DNA of 64,000 nucleotides, taken from Anthoceros angustus. Taxonomy: Eukaryota > Plantae > Anthocerotophyta. The notes beneath the pieces are model-generated. The model was not told the DNA's origin, ran no database searches, and was given only the letters and a program-made list of their open reading frames with translations. This document shows, piece after piece, positions 1-11,600 of the stretch; position 1 is the stretch's first letter; each line of letters starts with the position of its first letter. The stretch covers positions 372,001-436,000 of the forward strand of contig VJWM01000107.1 of assembly GCA_010909165.1 (NCBI GenBank), in the 5' to 3' direction. The position numbers and the translations under genes were made by a program.

Positions 1-1
1 T

Positions 2-262
2 GCGGTCTATGTCGGGGAGCAGGAGAAGCGGTTTGTCATTCCCGCGGCTTACCTGCGCCACACCTTGTTCCGGGCCTTGCTGGACAAGTCTGTGGAGGAG
101 TTCGGCTACAATCAGCAAGGGGGACTGCATATTCCCTGCCAGGACCTAATCTTCGAGCACTTGCTGCTGCTAATCAGCAGCGGGGACCCCGCGTCGGAGT
201 CTATGGGATTGTCCGACCTCCTTCATTTCTCCACGGACAGCGAGGGAGACCTGTCTGCATGA
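2..262 (+). CDS. SAUR: SAUR (small auxin-up RNA) family protein, 5'-truncated by window edge
   Basis: Frame from nt 2 reads AVYVGEQEKRFVIPAAYLRHTLFRALLDKSVEEFGYNQQGGLHIPC, the SAUR core (VYVG..RFVIP...L.H..F..LL....EEFG....GL.IPC); stop at 260-262. Confidence 0.93.
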   Translation, partial: AVYVGEQEKRFVIPAAYLRHTLFRALLDKSVEEFGYNQQGGLHIPCQDLIFEHLLLLISSGDPASESMGLSDLLHFSTDSEGDLSA

Positions 263-1454
263 TCCGCTGCCCGGCCTTTTGGACGCTCTAATTTTCGGGG
301 GAGGCTTCAAGCTCCATGCCTCCTTCCCCCGCTCCCTTGGTGTTGCTCTTCACCGTGGCTCCTGGCTGCCCCGCATCCCTAGCTCCTCTTTCTGGATTGA
401 CACTGCAACGGCTCAGAGGGAGTCGGGAAACGAACCATGGCTTTGCGCTGCTGGCTCCCGGTGAACACATCTCATCTGACAGGAGAGTCGAGTGACGTAG
501 AGTTCGTCTCGTGACAAGACCAATCCGGTCATCGGAGTCGCTCTGTTGTCAACTGTAAATACAAATTCTTTCTGCTTAGCCAGGCAGAAATTCTTTCTGC
601 CTGGCATTCGGCCTTACCACCCTTCTCTTCACCACAAGAGTCAGCTGTCACATGCTGCACTTCCGCAGGAAGGTTAGGTACGTAGTACGCAAAGTTCAGA
701 TATTTTTCAAGCTAGTAGTCCGGTCCACATGTTCCAGATAATGGTGCTCCTGTCTGGCAATGCTTCATTTCCTGCTGCTCTTCCTCCTCCTCTGGACAGC
801 TTTTCTCCGATCCTCATTGGATCTGGCACTCGGGATTATGAATTACGGTTTCGAAGCCTCCCTGTTTGGAGTTGAAAAAGGAGGACAGCTCGAAGTGCAC
901 CAGGCCTGCCCTGGAAATGTCTAGAATAGTTCCACTCCTCTTGAAGCACGAAACTAATCGGTGTTTATCTACCGTGCTCTTAAATTGTGCCAGCGATGGT
1001 TTCATGTGGCCACCCCTTGAGAATTTCGGTGACAATCTCGCCGCGAGAGTGGCGACCACGACGACTGCCGTGAGCGATGTGCAAGGCAGGACAAAATTCA
1101 GAGCCAGTCCGCAACTTCCTCGCTCCATTTTTTTGGCAACCAGACGTGCGATGCCCCGCTCCTGTGTACTCCTAACTCGTGCTCGTGCGGGCAGTAAGCT
1201 GCAGGTAGCGGAACCGCGTTTGTGCCAGCGTGCATATATACATATATGTGCTATCTTTTGTTTGGACTACGTTAGAGTGACACTGGTTTTGTGCACTCAC
1301 TCTCATGGCCTAATGGACCTGGATTCGGAAGCCTACATATGTACCTGTTTCACGTGGTGAAGGTAAGATCTTGGACCTGTCAAGTTGCGTGGAAAAAAGA
1401 AACCTAAATATCCTGACGACGAAAAAAACATGAAATCTAAAACTCGTGAGAAAC

Positions 1455-1530
1455 CCAGCCAAAATTAATGATTAATCGCATCTGCAGTTTCTCTCGTTGC
1501 ACCAATCATCGCCAAGTTTTTATCACTAGC
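1455..1530 (+). repeat. ~70-bp dispersed direct repeat, partner at ~2985-3050
   Basis: attaatcgcatct...caccaatcatcgccaagtt...cactagc occurs at ~1471-1530 and ~2992-3050. Confidence 0.7.
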
Positions 1531-1574
1531 AAAGGTGATCATAAGGATAATATGGAGATAATATGAAGAGATCG

Positions 1575-1900
1575 GCAATCTCATCTACCCCGAGCAGCCG
1601 ATGGGGAACAACCCACTAAAGGGCCGTAGGCCATGGGGGGCTAGCCCCCACAAATGTCAATCTCGTAGCTACCTACTGCTCAAAGTATGTCGTGGTCTGA
1701 GATAGTGATGCGGCATCATCGGCGCCGGTCGTAGGTAGGCCTTTTGCCGCTGGTTGCCATCCTGTTTAGAGGTGATCTCACCATCCGGGATGCCACCGAA
1801 CCTAGGAATGAATGTAGGAAGTGCTTTAATCCCAGATTGACGGAGTGTGTTTTTAGGGAAATTCAATAGAATACCTTTCCGCGCACCTTGCATCCAAAAC
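1575..1900 (-). mobile_element. 3'-end relic of the CRE-like RLE non-LTR retrotransposon family (see 6030-7140, 34830-37260)
   Basis: Minus strand reads TISDHDIL*AVGSY, matching IIPDHDIIGAVGSY (6130-6180) and VLPAYDVLGAVCSF (37120-37160). It shares the downstream motif ggggtagatg(a/g)gatt with the 6 kb copy. Confidence 0.6.
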
Positions 1901-3239
1901 TTCTGCTAATATAGGGAACATCCCCTCCGCATTCCCTATCCAACAAGCTCACATTTGCCATTTATGGAAGTTTGTACCACTAGGAGTGCCGAAAGCAAAG
2001 ATAGATGGAAAGATACGGTCTGGCATGCGGTACAAAACTACCCACAAAGCTGGAATTAAGAAGCGACAATTACCAATAGCCTCGTTTCCCTATGATCATC
2101 TACAACACATCAAAATGCAATATTTACCCATTATTTTCGTAGAGTAAATGCAAAGGCAATTCCAAACCAGCAAAGATGGTGACAAGAGTGGAATCTTCAT
2201 GCAGTTTGCACACGGATGAATCAATTCCTTTGACATAACTTGGGCACTTGTGCAGGGAGGTGGCCTACATGTTGCTAGCCACCTACATCGAGCAATTGAT
2301 ACAACACTTAAATTATGCAATTTGTCAAAGGTGGCCTCCCCCTGTTGTCAGACTTTCTATGGTGACCAAGGGACTGCAAAAACCAAGCGTTCTATGGCAT
2401 AGTTGTTTGCCCACCACTCACTGCCCACTCATGCCAGTGCCGATGGCACCAGCAGGGAAGCCTCTGGAACCGCCACACACACAAGGGAAACCAAACGGTG
2501 TGCGGTGGACAAACCGTGCAGTAGCCTAACTCATTAAGGTTCACCTCAGGTTGGAGAGCATTCCCAAGAATCCGGGATCATAAAGCTACCTCCTGATCGC
2601 AATGGGAAGGAAATGATTTTGTGCATTGAAGCGATGGAAACCTCTCAGTTGGGCAACATATATTCTGTCAACATGGGGTGTGGCTTGAAAGTTCTCTACA
2701 AAATACACTCGCATAACTGTGGATTGAAAGACTCAAAATGAGTCAATTGGTCGTTTAGGGGTTAAAAAGTGTTTATACTCTCGCCGGCTATCCCGGTGAA
2801 AGAAGCGCTACAAAGTGACATGCTTATCAACTAAAGGAAAACCTTACTAGATTGCTGCAATTAGGCTCATCAATACTAATATAGCGGGCATGGAATTGCT
2901 TGTAATCTGCTTGAAAACACAAAAGTTGCACTAGGACCTCATGTTTGCACCACGGTAGACTTGATTAAAAAATCCTAAGAAACTAGCCACAATTAATCGC
3001 ATCTACATTTTTTTGTGTTACACCAATCATCGCCAAGTTATAACACTAGCCCATCCAATTGCCTTACTTGGAAGAGAAATTCAATGGTTAGCAGAAAAAC
3101 CAAAAATTTCTAGGCACATGAATAAAAGACTTTAAAGAGGTAAAAGTTACGCAAATGAATTTTATCACTTAGAAGACAAAGTTACAACTTAGTTAACTCC
3201 TTTAGAGGTGGTTTTATAAGCTTCTCTTGACAACCAAAC

Positions 3240-4158
3240 AATACATCACAAGTCAATGACCTTTTGAGTCATGGACACTTGGCTTACGAATAAAGCCAAG
3301 GGCTTTGGCTCACTGGTGTATGGTTTATGGCTTACGATTACGTTTACAGTTTATGGCTTAAGTTAATTCTTGTTTAGTTATACTTGATGCTTGATTAGAG
3401 TTTAAGAAGCCATCAGTCAAAAGAGTGGTAATTAAGGCTTACATAGGGTTTAAGCTGAGTGGTAATTAATGCTTACTTAGGGCTTAAGAAATTCATCCTC
3501 AAGTTAGTAGGTTAAGGTTAGAGTTAATTACACATTTGCCTAGGGCTTAAGAAAGTTAATCTACCTATGGCTCAAGAATGGATTTACTTAGGGATGAAGA
3601 AACCATCCCTATTTAATGATTGATGGTCATGTTTAAGAGTCACTTGAATTCTTGTTTAATCGTCGATGGTTTTGTTAAAGAGTCACTTGAATTCTTGCAC
3701 TTATTCAAGTTTGGATTTTCAAGCTTATTCATAATGTCTCGTGCCCAAAAATTTATTTTCTAAGAAGGACCAAGAACTTATTTGCTAAGAACTTCTGCTC
3801 CAAATAGAGGGCTAAGTAGTAACGAGCTATGTGTAAGAGCTCTAAAAAGAAGCGCTAGGTAGTAATTAAGGAGCCATGCATGAGAAGCATTTTACAACCC
3901 TAGATCTAATTTAGTAAGATATGCGGTTAGTGGTAATATGTGGTCAGGGCTCAAATAAGATTCGGGCTCAAATAAGATAGTCTATTTTAGGCAGTTACTT
4001 GGGGAGGAAGTAAGCCACCTTATTTAAGAGATGAGGCTAGCCCTAACCTTTGGAAGGACGACAAACTACTTGGAGGCCTTGTGCTAGTGTTTGGTTTGCA
4101 TTGTTGCTCTTAACTGCATGCTTACCTACCTTGAAGTCCTTGGAAAGGGGATGTTACT
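3240..4158 (+). mobile_element. LTR-like relic, related to 7389-7972; 5' limit uncertain
   Basis: Shares blocks with 7389-7972 (agtaacgagc, tgcatgagaagca, gaagtaagcc, gaggctagcccta, ggaaggacg...ctacttggaggcct). Ends ggggatgttact at 4158. Confidence 0.55.
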
Positions 4159-4251
4159 TAAAGTCTCACAAAACATATTGAAGATTTGAAATAAAAAATA
4201 TATTATTACTAGAATAAAAACATTTCAAAATCAAATTTCCGCACCAAGAAA

Positions 4252-5061
4252 ATGACCAAGGTGTCGCAAAAAAACTTGAAGATTTCAAATAAAAATATAT
4301 TATGTCGGGAAAAAAATATTTCAAAATCAAAATTAACAAAGAACAATAAGTTAGAAAGATTGATCGAACTGGTTTCGCAAAAGGAAAAAATCAAAAAAAT
4401 GTGTCTGCATGCAAAAGAACAAGTAGCAATATCAACATTTTTTCATGAAATTTGTAAACAAATGCGGAACTTTGCGCAACATGATCTTCACGTGTATAAA
4501 CAACTTGTTGTTTATGGGTTAGGAGATATGAGGGCTTCCGAAATATCGCGATATCAACTAGGTCTAACCCTCTTGATGAAAGAAACTCTACCTTCCATTG
4601 AACAAATTCTGTTGTACGATCCTATATGGGATGATGATAAACTTCAAAAGTTTGCGTTAGAAGACCTTGGCTGTTATTTATTGATTAACAATAATATGGG
4701 AGGGTTAGGTTTTTTTAAGCCTACATTATTTTTTATGCTGCATTGCCCGCAACATGTGTATGAAGCAACTTTAAGATCCAATGCACACTTAATTTTATCA
4801 AACCAAGCCATAATTCTTGGAAATAGTTTGAAGAGATATCGTCATAATTGGTTAAAAAAAGGGTTATACATAGATACTGAACGTGAAAACCTCTTAAACT
4901 TTGGAAAAGTTTTACAAGAATATTCAATCCCAATTGGGCACTCTCCAGCCTTAAAGTCAGCTTTTAGTGCAAGAAGTATAAGCTGGCATATTCTCTCACC
5001 TTCATTAGCTATTGCGGATGTTCAACGGTACATATTATCAAAAGAAGAAAAAGATTTGTAG
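4252..5061 (+). CDS. SRR1: SRR1-like (SENSITIVITY TO RED LIGHT REDUCED 1) domain protein, intronless
   Basis: 269-aa ORF with SRR1-family motifs VVYGLG, S.YQL, LYDP, KPTLFFMLHC, ILGNSL. The true start may be a downstream ATG. Confidence 0.8.
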   Translation: MTKVSQKNLKISNKNILCREKNISKSKLTKNNKLERLIELVSQKEKIKKMCLHAKEQVAISTFFHEICKQMRNFAQHDLHVYKQLVVYGLGDMRASEISRYQLGLTLLMKETLPSIEQILLYDPIWDDDKLQKFALEDLGCYLLINNNMGGLGFFKPTLFFMLHCPQHVYEATLRSNAHLILSNQAIILGNSLKRYRHNWLKKGLYIDTERENLLNFGKVLQEYSIPIGHSPALKSAFSARSISWHILSPSLAIADVQRYILSKEEKDL

Positions 5062-5739
5062 TGGCTCAACAGAACCAAACCCCTTTGTCTAGATATAGTC
5101 AATTGAATGATGATTTATATTTTATTTTAACCTTATACTTTAACCTTTACAGTTTCATACCGTTTTAAAGTTTACCGGTTTAGCCATGGCTGAACGTGTA
5201 CGAAACGAAGGTATAGGGAATCAGAGATGTGGAGGGAAACGTGAGGGAGGCGAGAGAGAAGGGGGAGGGAAACGAATGACATAGAAAGTACAGGGTATTC
5301 ATAAAAAAAAGGAAAGTAGTAAGAAGTAAAAAAATATATTGACTATTTTACTTCAATTCAGCCAAATAATGGAGGATTTGCACATAGCTTAGTTCACAAA
5401 TCAGTTCGATATAAACTAAACTACATCCCGCCACATCAACCAACTACATGCCACATCGGATTGTGTCCGTGTTCTAGTTCATGTAGTTTAAATCGGTAAC
5501 GTGGCCAATTAGTAGCTAAACTGCAATTCAACTACACACCCGAACCACCAATGCGGACGGAGAGGTCCTTAATGAATAGTAACCAAGACATATCATTTTG
5601 TGTACAATAATTTTTTATTAATCCTTCATTTTTTCTTCCTATCGCATGTTTGCGTTCCTTTAGTTTTGACATGGTATCGGAATATATTTTTGTCTCCTAT
5701 GCTAATGTAACTACGCTCATGGTATCCACACAATCGATC

Positions 5740-5995
5740 GCGCTACTCAACACACATGTCTCTTCTATGCTCAAAGTATCCGCACAATTGAGCACACTAC
5801 TCAACACACATGTCTTATGTATGTTCTAGTGTCTCCTATGCTAATCTCACTATGTTCATGGTATCAAAATACTTGCGCACACTACTCAACACACATGTCT
5901 CATGTATGCTCTACAATAAACCCAACTTGTTTTGTTTGGAATGAAAATTGTGCATACCACAATAACTATTCAACACAGATGTCTTATATATGCTC
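5740..5995 (+). repeat. Degenerate tandem repeat with core ctactcaacacacatgtct
   Basis: Four copies of the core at ~5743, 5797, 5882 and 5965 with irregular spacing. Confidence 0.75.
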
Positions 5996-6029
5996 CACAG
6001 AGAAGAATAGACGTTATTAATAGGCGAGA

Positions 6030-7140
6030 TGGGGAATCCCATCTACCCCTGAAGTTCGAGGAGGACCAACCCAAAAAGGGCTAATAGTAAGAGAGGAATT
6101 CCTAGTCCCCTCGAATGCCTCGCCCATAACTACCTACTGCACCAATGATGTCGTGATCAGGGATGATGAAGGGCCTACCTACCACCGTCAAGAAGCCGCT
6201 AGTCGCGGCACACGAGTCATTCTATAAACAAATAAGTAGCTGCAGTGTAGCTATGGAAACCCGCTAGCGAAAGAAAGCCACCACGGAGGAAAGGGGGAGG
6301 CTCCTCCAATTCCTGTGGCTGTGATAGGCTTTTACATACTCCTTAATTAACCTAGAGTAGTCTTTGCCCATAGCCCCATGAGTCTCGAGAGCGAGGGGAT
6401 GAAAACATGGCCGTCTTGCACAGGAGAGTATTTGTGATTCTTGCTGGTTGCGCATCCTTCCGCTGCCCAACTCGGGGGGTTGATGATGACATGCTCGCTT
6501 ATAGAGTCTCTCGTGGGATCCGTGACAACCACATCAGCGATATAAATTTGCTCCCCCCTAGTATAAAAAAGGTCCGCCCTCAGTGACACGCCATTACACA
6601 ATGTATATGGGCGCTCCCGGTACGGAAAAAATCCGCTCTCCATAGTTATCGAAAACATGACGTCGCAAACGGAGTCATGCGTAGCATTACGTTGCCCCCC
6701 CACGGGACAACGGGCCAAATGGGATCCGGAATCGTCGATGGCAGCTCCACAATTGCACGTGGAAAGAGAAGAGGCCAGAGGATGAGCCAAATCGAGGCGG
6801 ACCCTCATCGCGGGCGAAAAGGACGCTGGTGCGATTCGGAACGCCGGAATGCAAGGCCAAGCCAAAAGTCAGGAGCCTGCCCTCTTTTCCGAACAGGAAC
6901 GTAGGCGGGCCCGCGAAGACCTGCGAATGGAGGAGTCCAGAAGGAGGGCCCTTTGCGCCTGTAAATATTGCTTCTCTTGGAGAGAGGCTTGAAGGCCACG
7001 CAACCCTTCCTTAGAGAAAGAGGAAAAAGGAGGCATGGCTTCCCTAGCCTCTGAGGAAAGGGAGTCCCTAGCCGCCAAAGAGAGACCTGCAAGGGGAAGG
7101 CCCCCTCCTCAATACTCGAGCCGAAGGCTTCCAGAAGGGG
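6030..7140 (-). mobile_element. 5'-truncated, disabled non-LTR retrotransposon with CCHC knuckle and restriction-like endonuclease (CRE-like)
   Basis: Minus ORFs: CNCGAAIDDSGSHLARCPVGGQRNATHDSV (CxC...H...C...H), LRADLFY, IADVVVTDP, KNHKY, then a frameshifted FHPLALETHGAMG. A premature stop precedes MAWPC. Colinear with 36230-37166. Confidence 0.85.
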
Positions 7141-7275
7141 GGAGTCCTACATGAACCACATTGAACTCAACCTATTCAAAAGATTGTGCATAACATTATA
7201 ATTATTGGAGATGTTGGTCTAAATAGCCCCTATGCTTTGTGCTTCCCAAGAGTTCGTGGTCTCAAGCATTCATTT

Positions 7276-7388
7276 TGCTAACGTGTAAATAATATATACA
7301 TATATATAATATTATAATATATTATAAGAATATTTCTATATTATATGCCTATAATATATATTCTTTATAATACTTAATATAAGGTACT
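7276..7388 (+). repeat. Left copy of ~115-bp AT-rich direct repeat flanking the LTR-like element
   Basis: tgctaacgtgtaaataat...taatataaggtact, repeated at 7973-8089 and differing only in (TA)n length. Confidence 0.9.
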
Positions 7389-7972
7389 AGTAACGAGCCT
7401 TGCATGAGAAGCATGCAGCCCTGGATCTAGTTAGTAAGTTGTAAGTAGTGGTGGTAAGACTTAGCTTAGGGCTTAAGGAAGAAAGTCTGCTTTTAGCAGT
7501 TACTTTGGAAATGAAGTAAGCCTCCCTATATAAGGAGACGAGGCTAGCCCTAGAGGAGGATACCTTGTGATCCTAGCATGGGGAGCTACACTCTTGAGGA
7601 TAGGACTTTGGAGCCTAAAGGCCTTGGGAGCCTGGAGTGTGAGCATGTCTAGAAGGATCCTAGCACTTGGGAGCTACACTCTGTGAGGATAGGACTGGTG
7701 CCTAGAGGCCTTGGGAGCCCGGAGTGAGCGTGCTAGAGGAGAGCTGAGGAGGAGATCGAGGGAGAGAGCTAAGCTCCTAGCTTAGGCAAAGATGGGGAGC
7801 TCTCGATCTCTCATGTATTCTTGTTGACTTGCTGGAATAAATAGCAGTGCAGATGTGCTGATCGCGAGTCGTCCTGGAAGGACGGCGGGCTACTTGGAGG
7901 CCTAGTGCTGGTGTCCGTGATGTTTTTGTCACTAATCGCGTGATCGCCCCACCTCATAAAAGGGGTGTTACT
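7389..7972 (+). mobile_element. Solo-LTR-like element with AGTAAC...GTTACT termini and an internal ~85-bp tandem duplication
   Basis: Inverted 6-bp ends agtaac/gttact and a TATA-like ctatataagg. An internal duplicated block starts atcctagca...gggagctacactct at ~7571 and ~7658. Homologous to 3818-4158. Confidence 0.65.
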
Positions 7973-8089
7973 TGCTAACGTGTAAATAATATATACATAT
8001 ATATATATAATATTATAATATATTATAAGAATATTTCTATATTATATGCCTATAATATATATTCTTTATAATACTTAATATAAGGTACT
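7973..8089 (+). repeat. Right copy of ~115-bp AT-rich direct repeat
   Basis: See 7276-7388. Confidence 0.9.
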
Positions 8090-8662
8090 ACTGAAAACTT
8101 TATGTATTATAACATCCAATGCTTAGATATGGGTACATGTATTTCCATTCAGCCCTAAACTCGGCAATTTGAATCGCAACGAGCTTCACGTTATTAAATT
8201 TCAAGAGCCCTGGGTGGCCGTGTATCGGTAACCCCCATGGACGACCTCTTCCTCTCGCTGCACTTGCCAGTATCGCTGTTGTACATCTTCTTCTCCCTCA
8301 TGTGCCCAAGCGGATCCGGGGATCGTGAAAGCTGGCACTCGTTGCAATCACTTGCCCTCATGCTGGTGGTGGAGGTGGTTGTGATTTGCGTTGGAATATG
8401 ACCCCACATCCCCGTGCACACGGTGCTGCATGCTCGATGGAGTGTCGATTCCTGCCTGTTCACGACCTAGCTTGAGCTGAATGGGAGAATTCGAGTCGCG
8501 TAGGACGATGGTGGAGTATCTGGCTGTACTCTGCCGCCGAATCATGGAGAGTTGCTGCTGAGATCTGTTGGTGATCTGCATGTTTTCGGGAGCTGGATTT
8601 GAGCTTCCAGATTGCCGCGGTTAGGGTTGTCTCCCTCCTCGAGGCTATCTGAACGCGTCAAC

Positions 8663-11600
8663 ATGAATGCCGATAACAGGAAAGGTGAGCTCGTCGAGCT
8701 CAAGACTCAGCTCCGGCAGCTTGCTGGAAGTCGTGCTCCCGGTGTGGAGGATGTGAAGAGGGAGCTATACAAGAAGGTGATATCGTATATGACTATCGGC
8801 ATTGATGTGTCGTCCCTCTTCAGCGAGATGGTGATGTGCTCAGCCACGTCGGATCTCGTGCTCAAGAAAATGTGCTACTTGTATGTTGGGAATTACGCCA
8901 GGGGTCACCCCGATCTAGCCCTCCTCACCATCAATTTTTTGCAAAAGGATTGCCAGGATGACAACCCTATGATTCGGGGGCTTGCATTGAGGAGCCTCTG
9001 CTCTCTCAGGGTGAAGAATTTGGTGGAGTACTTGGTCAGGCCTCTGCAAGCGGGGCTTAAAGATTACCACGGGTACGTGAGGATGGTGGCAGCGATGGGT
9101 GTGCTCAAGCTGTATCAGCTTGCTCCCGCTGCCTGCCTGGAAAATGACTTCCCTTCAACACTCAAGGCGCTGCTTCTTAATGATTCAGAGGCACAGGTTT
9201 TTCTTTCACCTCTTAAGTGTCATTCTTTACTCCTCTTCACTTAGGCGCCACAGGGCATCTACAGAAAACGCAGATTCACCTAGGTGGCTGCTGAGCGGAG
9301 GTCTGCTGTAGGTCATGGCCAACTGTCTTTGTGCTTTGCTGGAAATCTTCGGGGCAGAAGCTGCCAAGAGTGAGTCTGGACGTCGAGACAGAGAATACCT
9401 TTTCAGCAGGCCTGTCATCTTTGCGCTGCTTAACAGGTATGAAGGGGTCTTGTTTAAACTGTGCACAGTTCAGTGAATGTTGTCACGTGTGTGTAACATT
9501 TGTGAGCAATGCAGGATCAAGGAATTCTCTGAGTGGGCACAATGTCTGGTGCTTGATATCATCACCAAGTATGTGCCTTCAGATGCGAATGAGATATTTG
9601 ATATAATGAATCTGTTGGAAGACAGGCTACAGCATGCAAACAGTGCTGTAGTTTTGGCGACCATTAAAGTATTCCTTCAGATGACAATGTCAATGGCAGA
9701 TGTGCACCAACAGGTATTGCAAGCCGTATGTTTTATGCGAGTCAGATATACTGGTAGGTTAGTGGGCCACCAAGCAAAGCATGCTTCTAAAGTCTAGCCG
9801 TGTGAGTGCTGATGCTGTTGGTTTATCTTGGAGCAGGTTTATGAGCGAATAAAGGCTCCATTGCTTACACTTGTGAGCTCTGGAAGTGCAGAGCAATCCT
9901 ACGCAGTTCTTGCCCATCTGCACCTACTAGTGATTCGGGCTCCTGTGCTATTTGCTGATGACTACAAACATTTTTACTGCCGGTATAGTGACCCATCGTA
10001 TGTCAAGAAGTTGAAGCTTGAGATGCTCACCGCTGTGGCCAACAGCAACAACACTTATGAGATCGGTAGGTTCTGATCGGGGCTGGATGGGTTGGTGTGA
10101 ACTAATGTCTGCTGAGTACTGTGTCTGTGATGACTTGGCAGATGATATCATGGTAGCACATTTCTACTGATGCACTTAATGCAGGAATGTTTTGCATGCC
10201 TACCAGTGACGGAGCTCAGCGAGTATGCAGCGAATGTGGATGTGGCTATTGCAAGAGAGTCTATTCGAGCTGTTGGGAAAATTGCACTAGAGCAGTATGA
10301 TGTGAATGCAATTGTGGACCGTTTGCTCCAGTTCCTTGAGATGGAGAAGGACTATGTGACAGCAGAGACTCTGGTCTGTGTTCTATCTGCAATTCCGTTT
10401 CTTTGCAACAGTGTTAAAGACTCAAGTGTTTGACGTCGAATGTTCGGACGGCTGCAGGTGTTAATCAAAGACCTGCTCCGAAAGTATCCACAGTGGAGCC
10501 ATGATTGCATAGCTGTTGTTGGTAATGTGAGCAGCAAGACTGTGCAAGAGCCTAAGGCCAAAGCAGCTCTGGTGTGGATGCTTGGTGAATATGCGTATGA
10601 CATGGAGGATGCTCCTTATGTCCTGGAAGGCTTTGTTGAGAGCTGGACAGAGGAAGATTCTGCAGAGGTATGTCTGACGTCTGCCTCCTGTTTGATTGAA
10701 GAGTATATCAGTAATTAGGGTCGTTCATATTATCAGTGAGACAAGCGGGAAATCATGTGAAGTACATGTGTGGTTCCTCTGGCCTCTGGTCTCACCCGGA
10801 GCTCAATATGCAGGTGCGTCTGGAGTTGCTTACAGCAGCAATGAAAATATTCTTTAAAAGGCCACCAGAAAGCCAGAAAATATTGGGAAACGCCCTGGCT
10901 GCTGGTCTAGCTGATGCTCATCAGGTGCAACTCTGGTCTTTTGACTTGCTGGAGTAGTAATTGAGTATAGGACTAGTATTTCTGATAATTGGCTGTAATC
11001 TCGCAGGATGTACATGATAGAGCCCTCTTGTATTACAGACTTTTGCAGCAAGGTGTGGAAATAGCTGAACGTGTCGTATCTCCTCAAAAACAAGCGGTTT
11101 CTGTGTTTGCTGATAGACAGTCTAGCGAAATTAAGGATCGTATTTTTGATGAGTTCAACAGCCTTGCTGTTGTCTATCATGAGGTATATCTGTATTGCAT
11201 ATTATTCTCGCTGACATGTTTAGAGCAACAATTGTCCGCCTGCTACTCTTACGGGTACCTTCCACAACTGACTTGTATGCTTCTCACTTTCATTCAGCCT
11301 TCGTATATGTTTCTGGACAAAGAACATCGGCCTCTGGAATTGTCTGAAGATACAGGGCCAATTGCCGTTGGGCCAACTTCATCTGACGAAGTGTTACCAA
11401 GTCAGAGTGTGGATGCAAGTGACAACGACCTACTACTCAGTGCAGCAGAGAAGGAGGAGGACAATCGTGCTGTTAGCAATGGATCTTATGAATTTCCAGG
11501 AAATGAGAGTTCACATTTAGGGCTTAGATCCCAATCTCCTGTGCCATCTGTGCCTGTTCTATCTTCTCCTTTGGTCTCTATTTCCTCAACCTCTGCGGCC

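Noticed and set aside
866-1360. 164-aa ORF and overlapping 104-aa antisense ORF
   Set aside because: Non-ATG start, no family motifs, no supporting splice structure.
5400-5575. Possible PIF/Harbinger right end (…ggagaggtcc followed by ttaa)
   Set aside because: No matching left terminus found in the window.
5740-5995. CRISPR-like repeat-spacer appearance
   Set aside because: Eukaryotic context, degenerate repeats, unequal and partly homologous spacers, no cas genes.
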